DNA from: Lama guanicoe
Taxonomy: Eukaryota
Direction: 5' to 3'
Assembly (NCBI GenBank): GCA_013239625.1
Contig: MU053557.1
Coordinates: 3,626,123 to 3,690,122, forward strand
Length of the DNA stretch: 64,000 bases
Part shown: positions 24,471-36,920 of the stretch, in pieces
Numbering within the stretch: position 1 is the stretch's first letter
Layout of the letters: each line of letters opens with the position of its first letter
Notes under the pieces: model-generated
Told to the model about the DNA's origin: nothing
Databases searched by the model: none
The model's input: only the letters and a program-made list of their open reading frames with translations
Translations under genes and position numbers: made by a program

Positions 24471-24795
24471 GCTTCCTTCTGGAGGCTCTAGGAGCGAATC
24501 CATTCACTTGCCTTCTTCAGTTTCTGGAGGCTGCATTCCTCGGTTCATGGCCCTGCGCCGCTGCAACTTCTGCTTCCGTCGACACATCTTCCTTTCTGAC
24601 TCTGACACTTCTACCTCCTTGTTATAGGATCCTTATAATTACGTTGGACCCTCCAGGGTATTCCTGGGTTATCACTCCGTCTCAAGATTCTTAACTTAAT
24701 CACACCGGCAAAGTCTCTTTCGCCAACTACAGCAACGTATTCACAGATTCCAGGGATTACAATATACATATCTTTGAGGGCAATTATTCTGAAAA
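24470..24795 (-). mobile_element. MaLR LTR (MLT1C/D-like)
   Basis: ccttctggaggctctagg...tcaagattcttaacttaatcacac...ttcacagattccagggatta. Confidence 0.85.
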
Positions 24796-26269
24796 TCATA
24801 GAAGGTAGCCTATCTTTTTGGACTGTCAGACACACAGAGAAATCCCTAGATGACTTCATTCATTCCCTCCGAAGGCCAGGTTTTGGGTGATTTTTCTTCC
24901 ACATCACCATCCCTCTAAGTGTCCATTTATTTGGTATATGCACATCCCAGGCAGTTGATGGAGACTGGACAATTCTAGGATATGCTGGATGGGAACAGAA
25001 CAAGCTGAAGGGTGAGGATGTAAATGGCTATCACTCCTGCTTGATGATCAGTATGCTATATGCTGACTTCTGTCAAAGGGAGGAATTCATCACAGCTCCT
25101 CAGACCGGCAATATCTAATACTTCACGTCTGAAGGCAGTGTCTTCTGTCCCTGGGCCCTGACTGCATAAGATCAGGCTCAGATGGACATTGGTCATTCCC
25201 TGGATGTTGACTCAGTACCGTCCTCGTGGTCCCTCTGGCTACATCTCCTGATTCTTTGTCCAACCATCCTTTAAGTCTCTTAACTTTTTCTTCCCAGCTT
25301 TGAGAATCCATTCTTCATCTTAAAGGTAATTTTCTCTTATCATTTACATCATCATCATATCATAAATTCTCTCAAAATCTCGTATGTCTGTAGCTGAGTC
25401 ATAATATGTGTGTTGCTAAACTCAGAACCAACAACAGACTCTCTTTGCTTTCTCCGCTTTATTCTGTCAGTCCCTCTCTAAGGCAATGGTGAAGAATGCT
25501 TAGCTGATTGAATGTGGGGAGGAACAAGGGTTGAAGCAAATTCTGGAAACAAAAGCATGTTAATTAACATTTCAAAATATTATTTATCTTCATGATTTTT
25601 AAGATTTGTTCCAGCACTGAAATTCAAAGATACAGTTTCCTAAGTCCAAGGCTAGTGTTTTTTCTATTAAACCACACCCATTTGTGCTGTCTTTAGCGTA
25701 TTCATTTCAATAGCTCTTCAATAACATCAAGACTTTGGATTCCCAGGTTGGCAGCAGCGTATTTCCCCTTCCCCAACACCTCCCACTCTTCCTAAATTTC
25801 CTCTCTCACTGAAAGCATCCTGCCCTCCAGCTCCTGGGAATGGCTGAATAACCGGAGCTCCACACCACCCTCTCTTAAGCTGCTGGCCTGCCTCTCTATG
25901 ATTTCAGCCAACTTTTTGTGACTCAGCGCTCTGTCTGCAAAACCAGGCTAAGACTTGGAGGAAACCTCTCGTATGGCTGCTTTTCTAGCAAGGAGAATAG
26001 CATTAGCATGCCGGACACCTGAGCACAGGGCAGCTCTTTTTCAGTCTGTTTGTCTAGTATTAAAAGGGGCTGGGAATTAGCTTAAGGTCTGAAATGAGTT
26101 TCTTCCCACAGATACCTGCCCACCCTCTAATACCCAGGCACACAGCAAGAATGTGGACTCTGCTGGCAGTTCAACTGGTCCAGCTTCCTTAATGCAAGTG
26201 GATGCTTGTCTAACTCTGTCTCATCATTCCAGCTCTACTCTTCCAATTTTATAGTAAGATAGTCAGTGC

Positions 26270-26530
26270 AGAGAGGCAGCCTAGATTAGTATGCAAGTTA
26301 CTCTGCGTTTGCATCAGAAAAAATATGGATTGAGTCCCAATCCTGCTGCTTACTAATCATGTGACCTCGGGCAAGTTCTGTAACTTCCCGGGGCTTCTAT
26401 CTGCTCCTCTGTAAAACAGGACTGAAGACGCCTACATCACTGGATTGCTTTAAGGATTAAATAATATAAAATAGGTGAAGCACGTAGTGTCATGCCTGGC
26501 ACGTGTGGCTCCATAAATGGTAGTCATTGT
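26270..26530 (+). mobile_element. MIR SINE (near full length)
   Basis: agagaggcagc...tgtgacctcgggcaagtt...ctgtaaaacagg...cctggcacgt. Confidence 0.85.
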
Positions 26531-27929
26531 TACATGGTGTTTTATTTAATAAAGATGTGCTGAGTCCTTATGAAAAATACCATATTTGGTACTATGGAAG
26601 TAGGTAAAGAAGAAGGAGACATGGTCCCTGTCCTCAAAGAACACTGTAGACTAATGGGAGCGAGAGAAAATCTTGAAGTAAGTAGAGGGAATGGATGAAG
26701 GGGGCAGGGGATGGGGTAAAGTTAGAGGGAAAGAAGTGAGTAGAGATGAAGTTGGAACTACAAAGCCTGGAGGAGGAACCAGAGAGAAACCTCATTGCAA
26801 ACGTGTGAGAAAGGCCTCCTTGCTGTTGCGTCCCATCCTGTGGGCGAAAGCTTTCCCTCATGTTCCAGTATGAGATGCCTCAGTAGTGTGGCATCATGAC
26901 CATGAAAATGGTTACCTCAATCATTCTGTATGTTGGAGATACCCATGGATTAAGAGCTACAGTTAGATAGGGGTCTCTAGGAAAAGAAAGAAAGAAACAT
27001 TTATTTCTTCATAGTCCACTTGTCTTTCTCTTACATCACATCATTCTCTTACATCTGGTTCATAAATAGAAAGCTTAGATTTTGGGGGGCTAGATGATGT
27101 TCAGTCACAGATAATTTTCTGGGCAAGTTTTAGCCATCTCTAAAATATGGAGTGAAAATTAAATGAAGCGTGTGTATGCCAAGCTGAATGCATGTATTCC
27201 CACTCCACACTAGATAAAGCGTGCAGATTGTCTGAATGCCTGACCAGATAGTCATCACATGTGTGAGCGGAGTCGTACGTAGAGTACTGGCTGGGTCATC
27301 CCTCAGCTGATGAGCACAAAAGTTACGAAATTCTCCTGTTGCCCAAATGTCACAAGGAGGTAGTGGAGTATCATAATGAATCAGGGCATCTCTATTGTTG
27401 TGGTGACAATTGTATGTAAAATCAGGCAAGTTGTTTAAATTGCTTTCTCAGTAAGCGAGATGGGTGAAATGACCCTTGCCAATGGCTCTGTAGAGCACAA
27501 AGGTAATTTTCTCTGCAGAATCCGCTACTTCTTACTTATAAAATGTAAGAAATGATAGCTTCAGCTTGGACCACTTGACCTGATTGTTGTGAAGATCAGA
27601 CCATGTAAGGGAAAGCGTTTTGACAACTTTGTCTCCAAGGCTGGTTTTTAAGTGTCTGAGAAGATTGACTATATTCCCATTAGGGTTCCTCCAGGTTGGT
27701 CATTTCCTGTGATTCCAGCCTCACAAAACAGGGATTCCAGGGCTCCGAATTCCCTCCTAGATGGGTCACTGGAGGCTGGTGAAGGGGTTGGTATCATCTA
27801 CCACATGGACATCTAGCAGAACGTTTATTAGCCTCAGGTTTTCCAGTTGTAGTAGAGAGACAGTAGGACAGGGAGTGTGACTTGAATTTCTCAGAAGAAG
27901 GCATTTGGTAAATATGATAACCGAATTTC

Positions 27930-28330
27930 AGTGTACTTCATTCTGATGACTCCTCCTCGTAGCCAGGATGAAACCCAGTCTCGCTGGGGAAGGCTGCCAG
28001 CACTCCCATGCTCCGGCCCTGGCCTGCCTTGGGCAGCCTGCATCACGACCTGGTCTCCTGGACCTCCTCTGTGCTCTTCCTACACACCAAAGCCATTCCT
28101 GCCCTGGGGCTTTCGCTCCTACTCTTCCCACTGCCTGCAGTGCTCTTCCCCCTGCCTGCAGTGCTCTTCCCCTGGATCTCATCCCTTTCCCCCTATTCCT
28201 GTCGCAACTCAAATCTCACTTCCTCAAGGAGGCCTTGCCTGCTATCTAAGAGCCAACCCCTGCTCCACCCTCATTACCATCCCCATCCTTTATAGCTCTA
28301 ATCTGCAACTGCATTCTGCATTGTTTCCTT
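27930..28330 (+). mobile_element. L2 fragment containing a 21-bp tandem duplication
   Basis: L2 pyrimidine-rich body; ctgcctgcagtgctcttcccc occurs twice at 28131-28172. Confidence 0.7.
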
Positions 28331-29494
28331 CACTTGTTTACTTTGTATCTTCTCCATAGAATGGAACCTGTTCTCCCAAATATTCCAAATATTTAGTGAC
28401 ATTCCAGTATCACATGGCACTAATCGATCAAAATGACACTGGCCAAAGTCCTGGAAAGAGTCCAGGAGACCCCACCACATACCCTCAAACCTTTAAGTTG
28501 CTCCCGTGTGGGGAGCTCTAGGAGTCCAGTGGGAGGGCTGGAGTAGACAGGCAGTGCATGTGAACTAGGGGACCTCAGGAAAATGCTATGTACCCATTAC
28601 TATGAAAATATTTCAATATTTTAGCCATCAGTATGACCATTAATTTGTACTGGTTGAATAGCAACCCTACTTGTCCCTTATATTCAGTACTATATCCCAG
28701 GCCTAGAACAATGATGGGAACACAGCAGCCCCTCGTGTGGTGAATTACTTGAGTATCCAGTCTTGTCCACACACCACTTTCTCTAACTTGATGTTTTCTA
28801 GAAGAGCCATAAGGTGCCCTGGTGTAAGTTATGGTGTATTTAGGCCATGAGGTCGGCTTTAACGATAACTGGTGTCTGTAGCTCCTCATAGTTTACAAAA
28901 TCTACAGATCAGTTGTCTCATTTTTTCTTCACAGCCATCCTGAGAGGCTGGCAAGACAAGAATTAGTATATTATTCATCTTTCAGTTGAGTAAACTCAGG
29001 CTCCTGTAGGTCAATTGATAGCTAAGGGGTGGGCAGAGCTGTGAAACAGTTCATGTCTTCTGGACTGGGACTGTGCTCTCTCCGTCAAGCTATGTATTCC
29101 GTCCCTGGCAGTAGATGGATCTGATCCTGAGCATAGAAACAGCTTCTGAATAAACGTATAAGGACTCTGGGCTCTACAACTAGGGTTGTATGTGCCCTTA
29201 TATAAACAGCTGTGTCTGGTTTATGAAACTGGGAGTTCCAAGCCAGAGTGACCAGGGTCTCGAGGAACCCCGTCCAAGAGTTGGAGGGACAGGAAGGGAC
29301 CAACCTGGAGAAGCCTTCAGGAAGACATAATCATCCGAGACACTTAAAATCCAGTCTTAAAGACAAGATTGCTAAGGCTTTTTCTCTGCAAGCTCATAGG
29401 GCATAGTCAAACCAACGGTAAAAAAAATACTTGGCAAAAATCAAGTTTTTTATTCAGAAATACACATTTAAAAAATGAGAAGTAGCATATCCTA

Positions 29495-29802
29495 GAGCAA
29501 TGCTTACCAAAATATGGTGCATACAAAATGATGCTAAGAAAGATTTTTAAATTTAGGACATGGTTGAGCATTTTGAAAAATTTTATTAGTTACAAATTTA
29601 TTTTAATATATACTATGGAAAAATATATAACTAGTAGACGAATGTTTGATTTCAGATATATGAGAAGCAATTAAAGTAGATATTTAAGGTTTTTTTTAAT
29701 GAAACAAAATCATTTAAAGAGAAATTTTCAGTGCATAACACTAAAGGTGATTCTCAGATACGTTACAAATGCAGCAATAGATGAGTGAAGTTTGTGAAAA
29801 TC
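29495..29802. mobile_element. hAT-Charlie MITE
   Basis: caatgcttaccaaa...agtttgtgaaaatca inverted-terminus pattern around an AT-rich body. Confidence 0.45.
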
Positions 29803-31994
29803 ATACCCTTTGAAGCTAGCTCTGTCACTTTGTATGACCTTGGACATATTCTTAACATGATGATGATTAATTTCCTCATCTGCTTAATAAGGTCGTGGCA
29901 AGGATTGATGGTTCAGTACATGGAAAGTATTCAGCATAGTTTGGCCCATAGTGAGAACTCAGTAAGTGTTAGCTATTGTTTTTATCTTTATCAATAACAA
30001 TGGGAACTCTTGAACCACAGAAAGGTGCCTTGTGACGCACCAAGCTCCTCAGCATGGAAGGTGTGTCAGCAAGGCGAGGCGGGCGTCTGTTAGGGATGTT
30101 GCAAAAGAGATTCCTCTGTGGATGGGAGCTCAGCTAGAACTCTGAGGTCATTCCAGCGGGAAGCTTTGTGATTCTGCTCTTTTGGGGAATTCCAGGATGC
30201 AAGGGAGACTTGGAGCTAGAGTTTTCCTCCTACATCTTACGAGGACACTTAAGTTATTGCTCATCAGGACTCAAAGAGCCATTGCTCTGTGAGCACCTCT
30301 GTTGGCCTTTTCAGCACCCACGTCACTGTCAGGAAGGAGAGCTATCTGAGAATCACACAGCTATTGTCCCAGCGTTCTTGCCCAACCAGAAAAATGTCTG
30401 TTCTGTCCTCACATCCTTCCTCAGCCGTGGGAAAGGCTGTGAGGGTTTCTCATGGGTACATAGAGGAACCATCCTGTCTAACTCTCAACTGGAACCTGGC
30501 CTTTTCCCAGCGGTGCCTGATGACAGGCAATCAGTTCCACCTTGAGAGCTCTGCCTATGAGAAACCATTCTTTAAACAAGCTGAATCTGTTTCTCTGTAG
30601 CTTTCAGCACATGTCCTAGTTTCATCTCTTTCAACCACAAAGAACAAGTCTCCTCATTGCCTCCCATGGGAACCCGTCAGAAGGTTGCAGACGGATGGAG
30701 TGTTTGCCCTGTGGGGGTTGATTTCCATGCCATTCTTCATTGTTCCCACAGATAACTCTCCCTGTCAAGCACAGTTTCCAGTACCCTCCCCTTCCTAGTC
30801 ATTGGCATCATGTTCTAATATAGTTTGTGTCTGCCCTTTTTGAAGGCAAGAGATTGTGGAATCTGGGCCCCTTTTTCTTCTTATAGGAAGATGCTCTCAG
30901 TAACAGTTCAGTGACAGAGGATCCAGTAACTGTGCTTACATGAAGCTGTTAGTGACAGATCACGGTGTGTTTGGTGTTATTTAGAACTCTGCACCCCTCC
31001 TTTTTTTTTTTTTAACTCTGCAAATGATCCTAAGACATCTCTACTTCTGCTTCCCCAGCTTGCATCCACAGACTGAGGATTCTAATATCTAATTCAAATA
31101 TCATTTTTCTCCTGAGTTCCAGGATCATGTACAGCAGCTTCCTGGATATCCGTGCATGAGTATCTCTCAAGTGTTTCAATCTCACCAAGTTCAAAATTCA
31201 ACACAACCACTTCTAGTGCCCCATCTCTGCAATGAGGCTAGTAATAGTTTTACTTCACAGGGATATTACAAGGATTAAATGATGAATGTGCATAAATCAC
31301 TTAGGATAGTAACTGATGAATTTACTTATGCATATTGCTATTATTGGAGGATATAGGAAAACAAATACAATATAATATGTTGAATACTGAATGGATAGGT
31401 GGGGAAAAAAATGAAGCAAAACAGGTTGAGAAAGGTTGGTAGGAATGGGAGGATGCTACAGGGCAGTTTTGGAAAAATGGCTCTATGTTCTTCTGTGTTC
31501 TTCTTGTGGGAAATAAATATCTGAAGACATTCTCGGCATATCCTTTAACATTGGTCATTCTGACTGTTTTTCAAGTTGATCAGAATTCTCAACCTGAGGG
31601 ACCTATGGATATGCACACTTCGGGGTCCAGGATCCATTTCTCTGGACTCCTCAGAGGAAGTGAGCTCACGATGAGGTTAATTTCTAAGGAATAAGAGATT
31701 GCATTTGAGGGTGGTGACAGCCTGCTTTGTAAGGGTTTCTGCAAGTCAAGTGCCAACTTGCAACAGAGAGGTCTTGTGAACCTGGAAGCGTGATTGGATA
31801 GGCACGACATGTAGAGCACTGCTATTCAAAGTGCAGTCTGCAGACGGGTGCTGGTCCTCAAATTGGTACTGGTCTGCATGTGATAATTGCAGGATGCAGA
31901 ACAAGCATTTAAACAGCTGTGTATCAGTCTTACAGAGTACCTCTGTGTGTGTTACATATGACAGTAGAGAAATGTAGACTCAGTTTGGCATATG

Positions 31995-32062
31995 TGTGGT
32001 AAGGGACTTGACTATCTGTGGATTTTGGAACTCACGGGGTGTCCTGGAACCAATTCCCCACA
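31995..32062 (+). mobile_element. MER2 (Tigger) terminal fragment within a Charlie-type element
   Basis: taagggacttgactatctgtggattttgg...tcctggaaccaattcccc...ctgta. Confidence 0.75.
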
Positions 32063-34248
32063 GGAATGGAGGGCCGGCTGTATATGTTTTACTTAATTTA
32101 AACCATTGGTTTGTGATGAATAGAAAACAAACAAGAAAAAAGAAAAGAAAGAAAAAGAAATTGATTTTTTATAACCCATCATTTGAAAGCACTGAGGCAG
32201 AGCATGGAGTCATGAGTTGTGGTCCTGGCTCCAGTAACAACTTACTTGAGACCCTAGGCAACTCATTCCTCTTTGGAAATTACTTTCCTCATCCATGGAT
32301 CAAAGAGCTTAGAACTGCTTATTTTTAGTTGCTACTTCAGTTGCACATGCCATAATCCCAAGAATCTTTAAAAGTTTTTTTTTTTAGATAAAAACTGAGT
32401 AAAGCTCCATTGCTTGATTTCAAGCCAAATACTCCTGCTTTTTGGGAAAAACCTAACTACAGCATAGACTCTGAATGCTTTTCTTCATATCCCATAAGAA
32501 GCATATTTTTTTCTTTAGGTGGTTATCTCCCAGTGTATCATTTTTTAAATTGTAAATATCTTTCTTGCTGCTCTCAGGTTTTCCTTGTGAATTAAACATT
32601 TTTATGGGGAAAATATTCCTTTGCTGGGTTGTCATAGACTGAAGATTTTCTTGAATTTGCTGAGTCCCTCTGAGAATGTTCTCTGAATAAAATCTAAGAA
32701 ACCAGCATTATAAGGACGTTGGATTTTATTCTGAGATTTAGGAGAAGCTGTAGGATGGTGCTAAGAAGGGGAGTGACACGCTATAATTTATGTTCTCAAA
32801 TATCACCGTGGCTGATCTTTGGCAGTTAGACTGTAAGCGTACGAGATGGTCCACAGAGCCTAGCATGGAGGCTGTTGCAGCAGCGCTGGCTGGCCAGAAC
32901 GGTGGCTTCCCACCTGTGGGGCGTACAGACTAGGTCATGCTATCCAGCTTACTTACCAGGCTTGGCAGTGCCATGCTGTGGAATTGTTTATATATCCTAC
33001 AAGTGAATTTTCTTAGCTGATTTGGGATCCTAGGTTTTTCTGTGGGTTATAGATAGTAGTTTGTAGGAGTTAACATTAATTCACAAGCAGTCCTATCTTG
33101 GAATTTTACAGAGTGTCACAGAAAACATACAAGCATCGAATAACTAGGGTTTCAGTTGGGAAAGGCCTTTTATCTTTCCATCTCATCCACTTGGAAGATG
33201 GAGGTCACAAATAGAAGTGCTGCACTATAGAAGCCGAAAGCCATCCCAGACAAAGTGCTGGCTTGTTGGGTTCTCAGCCCTGGGGCTACCGAGGAGAGAA
33301 GAAGGCCTGGCTCTGGGGACTGACTGTCTTCAGTCACACAGACCCCACATTAGCTGACTCAGCATTAGAGGGCATGGAGGCATTTGGCCCATTTCACTTT
33401 GGACTGTATCCAGGCATTTCACTGGGAAGTAGAAGATTTAGAGGAAGAAATAAGGACACCACCTAGGTGAAAGAACTCTTGTGTAATACATTTGGTTGGA
33501 GATTTCCGTTTGGGGAAATCTTTGACTCCAGAAGCTGATCAATATCAGTCACTACAGAGTGAAGAGAATAGTTTAGGATGAGGAAATAATCCATGAAGCA
33601 CATGAAGAAAGGCAGTGGGAAGTGATGCAAAGAGCTTAGGCTTTGGAATTTCAGCTGAGGTTCAAGTCCCCACTCTTCCCTCTGCTAGTTTCTGATTTTA
33701 GGTTGTTGTCTAATTATCGGAGGCTGTACCCCCTTCTGCAAAATGAGATGATTGTACATCATGTGATTGATCTGAACATCAAGTGAGAACTAGATACAGT
33801 GTTTGTAAACTATAAACAGCTACACACAGTTTGGTTATAATAGACTTCCACTGAATTGCATCAGACTATCAGTAGTATTTGTGGAATTCATATGACTTAC
33901 TTGGTCACAACACAGCTAAGTGCAACTTGAAAGACACTGAGAAAATACCTGTAGGTGTGGAATTGCATAATGTATAAATATGATGATTTTATGTGTGTGC
34001 ATGTTTGTACTTGTTTGAACTATATCAGTGCTATATTTATGCTCAGTCAAAAACTATATTTTGATGGGATGGGATCAGATGTAATATGGGTCAAGGGTTC
34101 AGAGCAAGGGCTTTGGAGTCAGAAAGACCAGTGTTCAAACCCCAGCTTACAGGCTTGGTAACAAAATTACTCAGTTTTTCTAAGCCTTAGTTTTATCATT
34201 TGCAAAATGGTGGTAGTAATATCTACTTCAGAGTGTGGATGTGAGATT

Positions 34249-34970
34249 CTTTTTAACATTTTTTATTGATTTATAATAATTTTACAATGTTGTGTCAAAT
34301 TCCAGTGTAGAGCACAGTTTTTCATTTAGACATGAACATATATATATTTATTGTCACATTTTTTTCTCTGTGAGCTACCTTAAGATCTTGTATATATTTC
34401 CCTGTGCTATACAGTATAATCTTGTTTATCTGTTTCACATTTTGAAATCCCAGTCTGTCTCTTCCCACTCCCCGCCCCCTTGGCAACCACAAGTTTGTAT
34501 TCTATGCCTATGAGTCTGTTTCTGTTTTGTATTTATGCATGCTTTGTTTGTTTGTTTGTTTTTAGATTCCACATATGAGCGATCTCATATGGTATTTTTC
34601 TTTCTCTTTCTGGCTTACTTCACTTAGAATGACATTCTCCAGGAGCATCCATGTTGCTGCAAATGGCATTATGTTGTCAGTTTTTATGGCTGAATAGTAT
34701 TCCATTGTGTAAATATACTACTTCTTCTTTATCCAGTCATCTGTTGATGGACATTTAGGCTGTTTCCATGTCTTGGCTATCGTAAATAGTGCTGCTATGA
34801 ACACTGGGGGGAAGGTATCATTTTGGAGTAGGGTTCCTTCTGGATATATGCCCAGGAGTGGGATTCCTGGGTCATATGGTAAGTCTATTCCTAGTCTTTT
34901 GAGGAATCTCCATACTGTTTTCCACAGTGGCTGCACCAAACTACATTCCCACCAGCAGTGTAGGAGGGTT
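34249..34970 (-). mobile_element. Young camelid-type L1 3' portion inserted in a MIR
   Basis: Intact ORF2 C-terminus [31 protein letters not shown]...[15 protein letters not shown] plus 3' UTR; MIR halves lie on both sides. Confidence 0.92.
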
Positions 34971-35745
34971 GTTAGAATTTAACAGGGTAAAGAATATGAA
35001 ACAATTAGCACGTGCTGAGAAAAATAGAAGACTCTAATAAATGCTAATTGTCATTCTGTTGTTATTAATAATGAAGCCCACCCCATGCATATGAATGGAA
35101 GGATGGAGACTCTTGCCTGAGTGACAGTCCCTGGAATGGGACAGGTGAGCAGAGATGATCACTTGTATGAGGAAGGAACATTATTCCTGGTTTACGGAGG
35201 AAGTTTCCAGAATCAGGGTCAATATTTAACTCTCTATTCCTTTTCTCTGTAGCTTCTTACAGAAATGGGAGAAGTTTATGGGTTCTGGGAATTACAAATG
35301 AGAAAAACAAAGGAATAAAATTTTGTCTCTAGGCTCTTCCAAAATCTTTCAGGAAATTAAGCAAGATGAATAGGGAGAAAAGAACGGAAGGCAGTGGTTC
35401 TGGCCCCACTGAAGAGGGAAGAGAAGACATGACACACGCACATAGCTGGGATAGCTGGCGGGACTGTCCTTAGAATTAAGGAGTTGGGATACTTAGTAAC
35501 ACACAGTGGTTAACAGATGTGACTTTAACACCAGGCAAAGTTGGGTTCAAATTATAGTTCTATCACTAACCATGTGTGGTTGGGCAGATTACTTAAGCTC
35601 TTTGTAAAGTATAAACTGGAAATAAAAATAACACATTTCTCACTGAGATAAAGTAATTTACATAAAGTGTTTAGCAAAGTGATAAATTTTTTGGCTACTT
35701 TTAAGCAGAATCTTCTCCTTTTGAAATCTGTTATTCCCTAAAATT

Positions 35746-35909
35746 CTTTTTTTTAAACATTTTTTATTGAGTAATAGTCATTTTACAATGTTGTGTCAAA
35801 TTCCAGTGTAGAGCACAATTTTTCAGCTATACATAAACATACATATATTCATTGTCACATTTTTTTTTCGCTGTGAGGTACCACAAGATCTTGTATATAT
35901 TTCCCTGTG
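35746..35909 (-). mobile_element. Short 5'-truncated copy of the same young L1
   Basis: Near-identical to 34250-34410; TSD ccctaaaatt at 35736-35745 and 35910-35919. Confidence 0.9.
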
Positions 35910-36659
35910 CCCTAAAATTATTCTTATTATTCTATTTGGCATGGCTGATAAAGATGTTCATGTCAAATATGCTACTCTGTGTTTTTCATACCAAGGTGAT
36001 CAAAGAAAATTTTTTGGTCCAAGTGGAAACACAATCATTAATGGGGGAATGATCAGGGTCTACCTGATTATGGGCATAGAAATAGTGGCAGATATCAAAG
36101 AGAGAGACCCATGGAGAAGGGAAATTTCTGGATCATTGAGTCAAAATGGCTAGAACAGTTGTACGGCTTTTGGTGTTTATGGTCCTAGCACACCTCACTT
36201 TTAAAATCTTGTTAATATTTATAGTCTGATTTAACTAAATAAATTGGTGTCTGGTGAATGCCCTTTCTCTTTCTGTTCTTCATTTTACCTGTCCCACAAA
36301 TAATTATTAAATGACTGCTTGTTCTTGACACTGGAAGACTTTGGAATAATGACAGTCCTTGACATTGGAAGAAACAGAGGAGAGAACTATGCTTTCTGTC
36401 ATAACTACAAGTAACTACAACACAAGGCAGCCAGTGATAAGAAACTAACAGAGAAGAGTTTCATGAGGAAGGGTGTCCTCAAGCTAGAATCTGAATTAAA
36501 GAACTATTTAATAGTTCATAAAAATCAAATTTCAGATGGAGACAATGATCAGGAAAGAGATTCAAAGGCTAAAGTGTAGTGGATTTTCAATGACTAGTAA
36601 AAGCAGCCTGGTCCGGAGTTCTCGGGAATGGGTCCATCTTGATAACCCCTTGTCAAGAT

Positions 36660-36920
36660 GCTGGCACATTCAAGAGCGTTGGCACTGGAGTCTAAGACTG
36701 CCTTGTTTGAATTTGAGCTTTATTTCTTAACCAGCTTGAGTGACCTGTGGAAAGCAACATAATCTTTTTGTACCTTAATTTCCACACTTGTAGAATGAAA
36801 TGATAATAATATTAATAACAGAGTGGTTGAAAGGATTAGATTAGATCATCAATGTCATGTTACTAGCACAGAGCCTGGCACATTGTAAACCCTCACTAAG
36901 TATAAGGAGTTATTATTATT
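36660..36920 (+). mobile_element. MIR SINE
   Basis: ctggagtctaagactgcc...cacagagcctggcacattgtaaaccctc. Confidence 0.75.

Noticed and set aside
25035..25138. Box C/D snoRNA-like layout (TGATGA...CTGA with ctgc/gcag flanks)
   Set aside because: The C box lacks the 5' purine, the terminal stem geometry does not fit a K-turn, and I see no rRNA/snRNA complementarity; probably chance. snoscan or cmscan would settle it.
27928..28359. Four overlapping ORFs of up to 142 aa
   Set aside because: They lie in a C-rich L2 fragment with few stop codons; no splice or homology support.
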